NCBI GenBank assembly: GCA_946965045.2
Contig: OX337229.1
Span: forward strand, 4,464,001 to 4,528,000
DNA from: Epithemia pelagica
Taxonomy: Eukaryota; Protista; Bacillariophyta
DNA length: 64,000 nt
Direction of reading: 5' to 3'
Positions 34,297 through 44,436 of the stretch are shown here, piece by piece (within the stretch, counting starts at the first letter, position 1; each line of letters opens with the position of its first letter). The position numbers and the translations under genes are program-made. A model generated the notes under the pieces. That model made no database searches. It was not told the origin of the DNA and saw nothing but the letters and a program-made list of their open reading frames with translations.

Positions 34297-37200
34297 CTAA
34301 CGTCGTGGGCCGCCACCAAAAGGGTTGGAGAATGAGTTCCCTCCAGTTGCGCCTGACGATGATGAGGGTATTTGGTGCGAAAACTTGCAGTTATTCCCAT
34401 ATCGACACTGACCACGGGCGAAGAATTTACAAGGGGGACGATTGTCCGGAACAGAGGACCCAAATGAGCCACCACCCCCACCAAAGGGAGTCGCCGCTGG
34501 CGGAGGAGAACCGAAGGGAGAAGAATTTGAGGCAGCCGGCGCTCCAAACGGGGAAGGTTGTGACCCAAACGCTTGCTGAGGAGTCTGTGAACCAAATGTA
34601 GAGTTGGTGTTGCTCGGTGGAGCAGCTCCGAATCCTCCACCAAATGGCGAGGGGGATGGGGCTTGGTTACTAACTGTGGCAAAAGGCGACGCCGAAGGGG
34701 GAGGAGCAGAACTGTTGCCAAAAGGTGACGGGTTCGCATTGGGAGCCACTCCAAATGGAGAAGGATTACTAGCTCCTAAAGATGATGCAGGTCCCGCGGT
34801 AGAAGAAAATGGGCTGGGATTCGACGCAGGGACTCCACCTCCAAACGGGGTTGTGGAAGACGGTCCTCCCCCGAATGGTGATGCCCCAGTGGATGGAGTT
34901 GATGCAAAGGGAGTTGCAGAGTTTAGAGGATTTGCAGAGCCAAAAGGAGACGCGATCGGTGCACCAAAAGGTGAAGTCGAGGGAGGCGCTGAACTCCCAC
35001 CGAAAGGGGTAGTTTGGGCCGCCGGTGCACCAAAAGGCGACGCCCCAAACGTACTATTGCCACATACCGGAGCTCCAAAAGACGGCTGTGAAGATGGAAC
35101 ATTCGGAGTGACCGAGGGTGTTGCGGCGCCTAAGCTTCCACCCATGGGAGTTGGAGCAGCGCTACCAAATCCACCTGTGCCTCCTCCAAAGGGAGATGGT
35201 GAGGAGGTAGAGGTATTTTTGTTTGCTGCCGTTGTATTCATTTTGTCGGAAAGCATCGATTCCGACGTTTCAGGCTGATTTGCTAAACCAAATGGAGACG
35301 GATTCGATGAAAACGGCGACGGTTGGCTATTGGTAGTCTGTGCTGGTGGCTGAGCGACACCAAAAGGATTTGCTACGTGAGTTCCGCCACCAAACGGGTT
35401 TGGCGCCTTGGCTGGAGCAGCAGTGTTACTAGTAGCCATGCCAAAGGGAGAAGCAGAAGCACTGGGTGATGCACCAAACGGATTGTTGAGTTGTTGTTGA
35501 GGCATTGCGCCGTTGCCGGGGGGAGGCGCAGCTCCTGGAGCAGAGGAGATCGGCTTCCGTGTGCCTGTGGCACTAGATCCATGGTATAGTTCACCCAGCG
35601 CTCGACTGGGGAGAGTAGTCTTGAATGATTCAAATCCACCATCCAAGGTTTTTCTCAAACGAGTCGCGGAAGGTTTTCCCACTGCTCCTTCATCCAAACG
35701 AGGCAGGCAATTCGTTTGAATTTTTTCAAGACATTTCTTGAATTCATCCGGGAAAGTATTGGCCAACATGTGTCCAGCACCGGTCAAAAAGGCATCCAAA
35801 ACGGGCGCTGTAATCAAGGGCAATGGTGAGACGGGTGGCTCGGGGAGTTCCGACAAGAATCGAGAGAGCCATTTGACTGCTCCCTGGTGTCCACCGAAAA
35901 GGTTATGTTCTGCAGGTTCTGACGACATTATGTTGGCAATGATAGAAACCAGTCCTTCCGTCCGAGCCAAGAATCGTTCAAAGGTTTCGAAGTTGCCGTC
36001 TTTGCCTCTCAGCATGCCCAAAGTTTCCATAACTTCATCCTCAGTAGCATCCTGCGCAATCTTTGGAAGTCTGGGAATGGCGGTAGGACACACTGTATAT
36101 ACATGAGCGGCCAAAACTGGGATAACGTCTTTATGTTCTACCGACACCATGGTCAACATGTGTGCCAGGGGAAATCCATCTCCACGTTGTCCATTGAATC
36201 CTTCCGCTTGGACCCGAACAATCACTTTGCTGCACAGTAAATCTACAAAATATCGTTTCCCCTTGGCCATCTCGGGACTATATTCTCCATTTCCAGCCTT
36301 GATTTGTTCTTGAATTTGTAGATCATCTTCTTTTGCTTTTTTTATTGCTGCTGCCACATCCCCGGCTACGGTCCGAATTTTATCCGCATCTTCGGATAGA
36401 GTATTGACTTTTCCGTTAACAATCTTTTTCATTTCTAATCGCCGCCGTCCCATTGGTTTCGATTTGTTAAAGGGTTCCACTGATTCTTGTAATTGCTTGA
36501 GCTGCGCCACTAACTTTTCGGCTCTTCCAAGATAGTCTCGTGCAGCGGCCCTTTCGGCTTGCTCCTTGGCAGCTTTTTCAGCGGCGCGTTGTTCCTCACG
36601 TAAACGTTGCTGTTGCTGTGCCTTGGCAAGGGCTTCTCCTTCTGCTGCAATCTTTCGCTGTCGTTCCAATTCTTGCAATCGCAGAGTTTCGGCCTTGGCG
36701 GCTTCTTCCTCACGTCTTTGTTGTGCCGCCATCAACTTGGCTTGCTTTTGCTCTGCCTTTTGCAAAAGCGCCTTGATCTCACGACAAGTATCGCTATGTT
36801 GTTTGTCAAATTTTCGCTTTTCTTCCAACATTTCTTGCCGAATCTGTTGTTCCGCGGCGCCGAGCTTAATATAGGCAGAAGGCAATGGAGCTGGTTCCAA
36901 AGAGGGAAGATCACTGTCGTCTTGCCTCGAATCTACTGATCGAACAATGATTGCAAGTGCATCCATGGCATCATTCAGATCCTGAATTGAAGGCTCACCA
37001 TCCCCATTTTCATAATCTCGTTGATTTTGCTTTCGCGAGGCTGAGGAAGCGTCTTGAATAGCATACTTGAGAAGAGTCTTCATAGGAGTAGTATCAGTGT
37101 TAATTCGTGCTGAAAGAAGGGCTTGTTGCGTCGATTGACCAATCGGTGGCTCTTTCCTCCATTTGTTCAGAATAGGACTTCCAGTCCCACGACTGTCATC

Positions 37201-37353
37201 TTCATCATCATCGTCATCCGTCCTGTCTTCATCAAAGAAATACCGAGACTGCCCTATGCCTCCGCACGAATCGAGAGAAAGTTCACCTGACATGGTAGGT
37301 CCCAGTTCCTCCGCATCCTCCTCGTCCTCCTCCAAGAGAGCGAACCGTGGCAT
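34297..37353 (-). CDS. GLE1: mRNA export factor Gle1 with a C-terminal FG-repeat region and CCCH zinc finger
   Basis: A coiled coil is followed by the Gle1 domain (KIVNGKVNTLS, VYTVCPTAIP, FLARTEGLVSIIA, AVKWLSRFL, KPSATRL), about 26 FG dipeptides (mostly SPFG/NPFG), and CKFFARGQCRYGNNCKFSH. Confidence 0.85.
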   Translation of the reverse strand: MPRFALLEEDEEDAEELGPTMSGELSLDSCGGIGQSRYFFDEDRTDDDDDEDDSRGTGSPILNKWRKEPPIGQSTQQALLSARINTDTTPMKTLLKYAIQDASSASRKQNQRDYENGDGEPSIQDLNDAMDALAIIVRSVDSRQDDSDLPSLEPAPLPSAYIKLGAAEQQIRQEMLEEKRKFDKQHSDTCREIKALLQKAEQKQAKLMAAQQRREEEAAKAETLRLQELERQRKIAAEGEALAKAQQQQRLREEQRAAEKAAKEQAERAAARDYLGRAEKLVAQLKQLQESVEPFNKSKPMGRRRLEMKKIVNGKVNTLSEDADKIRTVAGDVAAAIKKAKEDDLQIQEQIKAGNGEYSPEMAKGKRYFVDLLCSKVIVRVQAEGFNGQRGDGFPLAHMLTMVSVEHKDVIPVLAAHVYTVCPTAIPRLPKIAQDATEDEVMETLGMLRGKDGNFETFERFLARTEGLVSIIANIMSSEPAEHNLFGGHQGAVKWLSRFLSELPEPPVSPLPLITAPVLDAFLTGAGHMLANTFPDEFKKCLEKIQTNCLPRLDEGAVGKPSATRLRKTLDGGFESFKTTLPSRALGELYHGSSATGTRKPISSAPGAAPPPGNGAMPQQQLNNPFGASPSASASPFGMATSNTAAPAKAPNPFGGGTHVANPFGVAQPPAQTTNSQPSPFSSNPSPFGLANQPETSESMLSDKMNTTAANKNTSTSSPSPFGGGTGGFGSAAPTPMGGSLGAATPSVTPNVPSSQPSFGAPVCGNSTFGASPFGAPAAQTTPFGGSSAPPSTSPFGAPIASPFGSANPLNSATPFASTPSTGASPFGGGPSSTTPFGGGVPASNPSPFSSTAGPASSLGASNPSPFGVAPNANPSPFGNSSAPPPSASPFATVSNQAPSPSPFGGGFGAAPPSNTNSTFGSQTPQQAFGSQPSPFGAPAASNSSPFGSPPPAATPFGGGGGSFGSSVPDNRPPCKFFARGQCRYGNNCKFSHQIPSSSSGATGGNSFSNPFGGGPRR

Positions 37354-37696
37354 TTTGTAGCTTTCTCTGGATCTCCTGGAAGACTTGCGCAAACGTGGGA
37401 TCGGTCACCACAAACAATGCAAAGAGAAGGAGGAGGAAGAGGAAGATGGCATGGATTGCTGTCTCTGGAAAAATTGAACAGACAGTTGCATGAAACTTCT
37501 TCCACGTTTGTCGATCCAATCCATCGCCAAGGAGCGGGCGCGAGCATGCCTGTGAACTCTAAAACCAAGCGATCACGTATTGAACTTAGCAATTATTTCA
37601 TTCATCTACAAACTCTTCTTTACCGATGGAGAGTTCGGTACATCATATCAAGTGCGACTGCGTCTCCTCTGCGCGCGGCATGCGCAAACTTCTTCC

Positions 37697-38371
37697 ATGA
37701 CCATGAGCCACACAAGAATCGCTTATCTCTCAATGATGATGGCGTCGCCGCACCATCCAAACAACCGAAGGCCAGGAAAATCTTCCAACACCTCCGCTTC
37801 AGGGGCTAAAACATCCAGTTCTGCTTCTTCTATGGCGTCCCCAGCGAGCAATATATCCTCCCGGCACACACAACCGCCGTCTCATGCTCACCATCATCAT
37901 CACAGTGTGTTTTCGGAAGATCGATTGGCCAAAACATGGCGTACCTTGGCTAATTGCTTTATAGCAGGAACCCAAAAGGCTGAAAAGTTGGTACGGAATA
38001 CCGATGGAACATCCGCGACAGTACAACAATCCCCACAAGTGGCGACGCTCACCAAGGAACTCCATGATTATGTGGCATTATTTTTGCGTCAACGCGTGGA
38101 ATGGGGACGTTTAATATCGCATTTGGAAGCAAAATTGGAAGGCACGGCACAGGAAATGGAAACCATTCAACAATTTCATCGGACAGTTCCAGTGCTTTGG
38201 AGAGGAGAAGTACAACCGAATCTACGTCGTGTCTCCGGCCAGCCCACAACAACAACAACATTAAAAATGGAAGGTACAGCCTCACGTAAACGCAAAGAAG
38301 TTGATGAATCGGCATTGATGGATGATGGGAGTGGATCTTCCGAGCCCAAAAAAGTTGCCCGGACAACCTGA
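37697..38371 (+). CDS. Small hypothetical protein with a helical/coiled-coil core and basic C-terminus
   Basis: Open frame of about 225 aa between two opposite-strand genes, with a helical pattern and an RKRK NLS-like motif. No family recognised. Confidence 0.55.
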   Translation: MTMSHTRIAYLSMMMASPHHPNNRRPGKSSNTSASGAKTSSSASSMASPASNISSRHTQPPSHAHHHHHSVFSEDRLAKTWRTLANCFIAGTQKAEKLVRNTDGTSATVQQSPQVATLTKELHDYVALFLRQRVEWGRLISHLEAKLEGTAQEMETIQQFHRTVPVLWRGEVQPNLRRVSGQPTTTTTLKMEGTASRKRKEVDESALMDDGSGSSEPKKVARTT

Positions 38372-39045
38372 GGGATCAATTTCCATTTTATAGACCCGAC
38401 ACGGTTCGAAATGTGCACTTTGGACAGAAGCAACTGGCTGTTTGAAACAAACCCTCCTTCACCTGAGTAAACGACAAGATCCTTTTCGAAGATTTTGCAT
38501 AATAGTTCGGAACGGAATTAGAATAATGGTTTCCTAGTCTTTGCCCTTATCTTTCGTTTGTACAATCTTTGGCCACGTCCTCCTCTCGTTATTAAAAAGC
38601 TGATCATTTATACTCTGAAACACCGGTGCACTTCGTACTTGCTAAATGGGACGAATGTTGTGTGTTCGTGGGTAATTGACCCCATGCTTTTGGACTCGTC
38701 AGAGTAGTTTTCCACTCGCAGGTTCTCGCCTCTCCCAGTTTTTGGGGAAAGTGTTGTGATGGGGATTTCAATGTCTCGGATACCTGTTTCTTCTGTCGAT
38801 GGGGCTTTATCTTCGCTATTTCGTCCACGAAGATTGTTTCTGGTAATCGATATGAATAGAAAGTAGGAGTATGTGGGAGTAATCTTCGCAAAAATAAGGA
38901 CTAACTTACACACCAGAGTAAAGACTGGTTGTAAGGCTCTATCTTGTGTCTTTCTTTGTTGGCTCGAATCATCCAAATAGATTACGGGAAACGCAGCCAG
39001 GTTCTGATTCCCTCGAACCTCGAATGGAAAATTTTCAGTTTTTCA

Positions 39046-39876
39046 TCAAAAGTGGTGGCAGCTTTGACTCAAGATAATGGATCGACTGCTGCTTAATGTA
39101 TCTGCCACCACCAATGAGTCGCAGTCGGCCAAAACTTGTGCCCAGAGCGAGGCATATATTGAATTACGAGAGTACTGCAATGCCAAAATGTGACATCTCT
39201 GCTCAACACTGATTCCTTGTTGCTTCAGTAGTCTTTGCTTCGAGAGCAGCTGTTTTCCTGTCCATTCTCGACGATGCCGCATCATTTCCACGGCATAGGA
39301 CTCCAATCCTCTAGCGGACGAGCCCACAATATCTGGCAAGACGGATGCTGTCCGGAGACAATGTAGGCTGGATCCAGTCTGTGCACATTGTGTGATCATA
39401 CTTCGGACTGCTTGTGTATAGTCAGCTCGATGTTTGGAGAAAAAGTCCACAACTGCATAGGCATGCTGATACATTGTCTGCATTTCCTTTGGAGAGAACC
39501 ACACCGCAGGCATATCCTGGGAGAGGGAGGTTCCAAGCACTGAAGAAACCACCTTGTCGCGTTTTTTGTCAATATCGAAATGTACTTTCTTGGTTTGGGT
39601 GGCCGAACAACTACGTGATATTCCGCCAGGCTGTTGTTGCTGCTCGACAGACCTTGATAGGGAAGACGACGATTCACCGTCTTCCGAACTAGTATGCGCA
39701 GTCGTGATTGTGTCAGCAGAGGACTTGACAGGATCAATGCCGAGATCCGTCGTGACAAGGCCTTCTTCCATGTTGCTTTTTCGGCACCATCGGATCAGTT
39801 CTGGCTGTACAAGAGACGGTTTGGATGATCTCTGCACGCAACTGGGACGATTGGGCTTGGAGACAGGATCCGTCAT
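39046..39876 (-). CDS. Diatom-type hypothetical protein (KKVHF...W...E...RGLE family)
   Basis: Motifs KKVHFD, VWFSPKEMQTM and SARGLESY are typical of an expanded diatom family of unknown function. Confidence 0.7.
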   Translation of the reverse strand: MTDPVSKPNRPSCVQRSSKPSLVQPELIRWCRKSNMEEGLVTTDLGIDPVKSSADTITTAHTSSEDGESSSSLSRSVEQQQQPGGISRSCSATQTKKVHFDIDKKRDKVVSSVLGTSLSQDMPAVWFSPKEMQTMYQHAYAVVDFFSKHRADYTQAVRSMITQCAQTGSSLHCLRTASVLPDIVGSSARGLESYAVEMMRHRREWTGKQLLSKQRLLKQQGISVEQRCHILALQYSRNSIYASLWAQVLADCDSLVVADTLSSSRSIILSQSCHHF

Positions 39877-40542
39877 GCTTGTTGCTTTGATCCTTTCTAC
39901 CAAAAAATGCCAAAAACAAGTCAGCCAGAGGTATATCTCAATTCTCAACCATGCGAGGTAAGTTTGTTATTGTAGAGATTGTAGTTGTTCGATGAGATAG
40001 ATATGAGATCTCTTTTTCCTTTGCCCTAAGGGGATAGGTGATAGGGGAACTTTTTTATCTTTTGGGGCCATTTTTTGTGTGAGTTGGTTTTTTCTGTATT
40101 ATTACTTCCAAAAAATGTCAAAGAGGTCGGTCCAGCGGAAAGCGGTCAAGCAGTCAAGCAGATCCAGCGCTAGAGAATCTCCAGCACAGATTTTCTGTTG
40201 CGTGTAAGGTTAGGCAACGTGTGGGATCTCTGCACTATCCTTTCTCATTTGTTTGTTTCATACCGGTCACCCTGTGTCATTCATTTGCTCCACACAGCCT
40301 TCCAAAATGTCTGATTGCAATGACAATGATGACTCTTCAACGGTGGAAGAGAGCAATATGTATGGCAATCCGAAGCACACCCCGAAACTGCAGGTTCTGT
40401 AAGAGGACACCTATCAGTGTATTCTTGAAAGGAGAGAATATTGACATGGCAACAAAACAAAAAGATTCTGCTAGAGACCAAGCAACTATTCCAGCACTGG
40501 AAAGGAAAGCTCTCACCAAGATAGGAGTAGGTGCTCTAGTTA

Positions 40543-40562
40543 CTACTCCTAGCTAGGAGTAG
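40543..40562. repeat. Perfect 20-bp palindrome CTACTCCTAGCTAGGAGTAG
   Basis: Self-complementary by direct inspection. Confidence 0.9.
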
Positions 40563-40921
40563 GCATTTTCATCATGGTAGCACAGGTAGTCTTTTCCCCA
40601 GCTGGAGGCGCATACCTAGAGCTCCAGCAGAGTCGTCTCCAGCGCATACCTAGCTCCAGCAGCCAGCAGAGAAGAGCTGTTGCTGACCAGATGATATAAT
40701 AATTATCTCTACGAGTATTTAAGACAAGAGGGAACAAGAAAAATAAGAACGACAATCCTCTAGTAGAATGATTATTCTTTGCTGAGTCCCTTGCGACTTG
40801 CGAGTTGCGAGTACGAAAACGAATAACGAATACTGGTACTCGTACGAGGTGACGAGGTGTACTAGTAACTCGTACTCATACTAGCTCCTATCAGTCACGA
40901 GTCCTCATGAAGCCCTACCAC

Positions 40922-40974
40922 TACTCGTACGAGTACTAGTAGTCGTACGAGTACTCGTATACGAGTACTCGTAC
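40922..40974. repeat. Palindrome cluster: 14-bp TACTCGTACGAGTA and a perfect 30-bp palindrome (40945-40974)
   Basis: GTACGAGTACTCGTATACGAGTACTCGTAC equals its reverse complement and contains two tandem 14-bp palindromes. Confidence 0.9.
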
Positions 40975-41231
40975 TAGTAACATCAGTACGAGTATTATTT
41001 ATTCGCACTTCATACTTAACTTCCTGCCAATTCACAATTCACTACTCGTACAACAAAATGGTTGGGTAAGTTGAAGACTCCGAGCTACTTGAGCCTGAGT
41101 GCCGGTGGTTCTCGTTGGGTAATTGGGGTACGGGGAGTCTGGCCGCCATCCGTAGTCACTCTGTCCGTCAGCCGTTATCCGTCTACCGACAAAGATTTCT
41201 GCATCTTGATGTTTTTTTCGCACCATGATCC

Positions 41232-41999
41232 ATGATCATCCCCGGTTTAAAGTTGGCAGCCGGTGCCATTGCAGGTACTCTTACGTTTTCATGTGTTCGA
41301 AATTCTCTCCAAACAGTTAGTGTGATATCTGATGGAAACATTGAGGATTCACTTTCCCGTGGTCTCTATATTCAAGATCGTTTGTCGAATATTGCTCAGA
41401 TAGCACCACTGGCTGGGGACACCTCAGTTGTTTGCGAGAGTCTTCTTGATGAAATGAAGACTCTATCGAGGAAAGATTCGCTGTGTTTGTTTCTTTCTTG
41501 TCCGTCAATATCACCGGGAGATGTTGAAGGAAGCTGGAATGGTAATTTACTGGAAAATAATGGTTGGGTCTTGACATCGGTGACAAGTTTCATTTCGAAC
41601 CAGCTGTTTGGAAGAGGCATTCCATGGAACGGCAAGGCTTTCAAAGGATCTACTGGTAGAGGAATAAATCGTTTTGTGTCCGGAAAGCAGGAGGAACGAT
41701 TGCATGAGTTTGATTTTGCACATGAGCCCTCACGCTTGCTTCTGTCAGAGGGACCGGATGAATCGGCACTGACAGGATCGTCGTGCGTAGCATTGGATTA
41801 CAGTGGCTATCATGCCAAACTGTCCCTATGGAATTCCATGAGAGACGAAGTTCGTCTCGTTCCACTTCCATCATCGTGTAACATTCGTCTACTAATAGGC
41901 CTGGGCTGTATGGGATGGTCTGGTGGTATACGGAATTGTTCCCCATTTTGTCTATGGCAAGACACAACAACAACAACACAATCCACCGAGAAGGGGTAG
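41232..41999 (+). CDS. GXWXG/DUF4334-like protein
   Basis: Motifs EGSWNGNLL, WNGKAF, LDYS and SMRDEVR. Intronless. Confidence 0.6.
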   Translation: MIIPGLKLAAGAIAGTLTFSCVRNSLQTVSVISDGNIEDSLSRGLYIQDRLSNIAQIAPLAGDTSVVCESLLDEMKTLSRKDSLCLFLSCPSISPGDVEGSWNGNLLENNGWVLTSVTSFISNQLFGRGIPWNGKAFKGSTGRGINRFVSGKQEERLHEFDFAHEPSRLLLSEGPDESALTGSSCVALDYSGYHAKLSLWNSMRDEVRLVPLPSSCNIRLLIGLGCMGWSGGIRNCSPFCLWQDTTTTTQSTEKG

Positions 42000-42124
42000 A
42001 TGTCGGATGTTACCATCACCGACCAAGAAATAGCATCTCCGAGCTATCGCGACAAAGGCGCTTCTCAGTGTACAGTATGTTTCGAGTAGCGTTCCATGCT
42101 TTAGAAGAGAGAGAAACCCAGCAA

Positions 42125-42190
42125 AACATGTTCTATTATTCTTCGTCTGATGATTCAACATGTTCTATTATTCTTCGTCTGATGATTCAA
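42125..42190. repeat. 32-bp tandem duplication spanning the DBP3 stop codon
   Basis: AACATGTTCTATTATTCTTCGTCTGATGATTC occurs at 42125-42156 and 42157-42188. Confidence 0.9.
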
Positions 42191-44208
42191 ACGTGATCTT
42201 GGTTGCTTGTTTCATTGGCACTTGCGAATTTTTGGGACCAAAGTTGCCATACAATTTGTGTTCCTTTTTCTTAATGGTGCTGCCAAACGCTTTTAATTCT
42301 TCGGGTATTTCTTGTTCGGCTTGTCGCAACACATGTTGCAAGGCTCCAGCATGAGCCTTGTCAGCTGTTGGTTGAAAAAAGGTATACGAGACACCCGTCT
42401 GTCCGGCGCGTCCAGTCCGACCAATCCGATGGACATAGTCTTCAATCGTCAATGGAAAGGTGTAGTTGATGACCACGTGAACATTGGGTATATCTAGGCC
42501 ACGCGCCGCGACGTCCGTGGCAATCATGAGGGGACAAGAACCGTCCTTGAATTGTTGAAGAGCTGCCGTTCGAGCTTGTTGGTGCTTATTCCCATGAATC
42601 GAACAGCACTTCCATCCCTCTCGCTGCAAGGAATATTCCATGCGCTCTGCCTCCTTTTTGTACAAACAAAATAAGAGTAATCGCTGTGTTTGTGATTTGT
42701 GTACCTGATTGAGAATCTGTCGTAACCGACTCGGACGTTTCATGTCATCGACAACCTGAATGATTTGCTTGACTCGCTTGTTGGCCGACAAGGAATCGTC
42801 CACGGTCGAATGAGGGTCGCTGGCGTCTCCATTGGCACCATCCTCCGTGCTGCGGATTGTTTCAAAGCCAACGTAAACACGAATGGGATCCTTATGCATA
42901 AAGTCCATGGCAATCTTTTGAATATCCGCCGGCCATGTGGCGGAGAACATGCATGTTTGCCGTCCTTGGTCCTGGCGCGGACATTCACCAATAATAAAAC
43001 GAACATCCTGCTCAAATCCCATATCCAACATACGATCTGCTTCGTCCAACACAAGAAATTCCACATGTTCCAAGGAGCAGGACCGTTCTTGGATCAAGTC
43101 CTTCAATCGGCCTGGTGTGGCAACCAAGCAATCCAGGCCACGTTTCAAGGCTGTCGTCTGTTGGTGTTTCGGGACACCACCATAGACAACCAAAGACTTT
43201 AAGCTAGCTACGGCACCAAACTCTTGTAAGACCTCATCGGATTGCATGGCCAATTCTCGAGTTGGTGCTAGAACTAGCATTCGAGGAGAGGATGGTATGG
43301 ACCTTTTCTTTTTGGACGCCAACCGAGTCAATGCAGGCAGTGCAAACGCTGAAATGAGCAAGAGGACCTGTGAGAGTCATGAATTGGCAGATTGACAGTG
43401 GGCATATGGAAGAAGACCACGTATATGAAAGTAGCGTACCCAATGTTTTCCCACTCCCAGTCTGTGTTAAGTGACGCAAGGCACCACGTGTGCAGGACGA
43501 CATTTCGTTAGAACGAGACAACAACTAACTGGACACCAACAGTTTACAGTTGTTTGATACATTTCTTACCTCAGCAATTCCAACGACATCATGTGCTTTG
43601 GTAAGGATGGGCCACGCCTGAGCTTGAATGGGCGATGGTTTGGTAAAGCCATTGCCTTTGGTGCACTGCTGGACCAACGATGGTGCAATGGTATCTCGAC
43701 AATCGTCAAACGAGCAAAACGGGAAAAAGGAGCCATCCCGACGTGTTTCTTCCGTCGCTTCTACAGTGCTTCGAACCAAGACAATTTTCTGTTCTCGACG
43801 CCAAGCAGCGATTGCATTCGTGTCGGGAGACGACGACGACGACGACGACGAAGGGATGGTCGACACCTTGTTGTCCGTCTTGGATCGTTTGTTGGGACTC
43901 CGTGGAAGGTCACTGTCTGCTCCCGAATGATCTCCATTATCCTTGCGTTTCTTGTCCTTTAAGGAAATCTTTTTTCCTTGAATCTGAAACTTGGAACTCT
44001 TTTGGATCCATTCCTTGACAAGATTGGACGAGACCGTAGGATGTTCTTGTTCAATCTTGTGACAAGTTTCTTGTACGAGATTCTTCAACTTGAGTTCCGA
44101 TTTGGAATGCTTTTTCAGTATTTTCTTTGCCGCTTTCACTACAGCTGACTCTTGCTCTTTCTTAGTTGTTGAGGCGACCCCATTCTTGCCGTTTGTGAGT
44201 TCCGTCAT
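42168..44208 (-). CDS. DBP3: DEAD-box RNA helicase DBP3 (3 exons: 44208-43570, 43461-43440, 43348-42168)
   Basis: Q motif PSPIQ, spliced AETGSGKT, PTRELA, DEAD, SAT and HRIGRTGR. DBP3-type C-terminus KKKEHKLYG. Lysine-rich N-terminus. Confidence 0.92.
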
Positions 44209-44436
44209 GGTATAGAGAGCAAGTTGTGATCCTGAAAATGAAAAGTGATCGAGCCATTGGCGGCGTGGACATGGATGGAGATGCGTTCTTTAGGTTCTGA
44301 GCACACAAAAAGTGAGGTCGTACATGCGATTGCAGAGACTTTTCGGCGACCAGATCCAGATGTGAATGGTCGCGCTTTTCGCTCCAGAACAGAATTGCGC
44401 GACAATGACAGGAGAGCACACAAAAAATGAGCCAAA

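Noticed and set aside
34604-35278. 224-aa plus-strand ORF rich in PNG/PKG
   Set aside because: It is the antisense shadow of the Gle1 FG-repeat codons.
38608-38976. 122-aa minus-strand ORF downstream of the 39046 gene
   Set aside because: No motif or splice support. It may be a small gene but cannot be supported from sequence alone.
40221-40556. Short ORFs with faint nuclease/transposase-like words (HTPKL, ILLETK)
   Set aside because: The fragments are in different frames and too short for a credible match.
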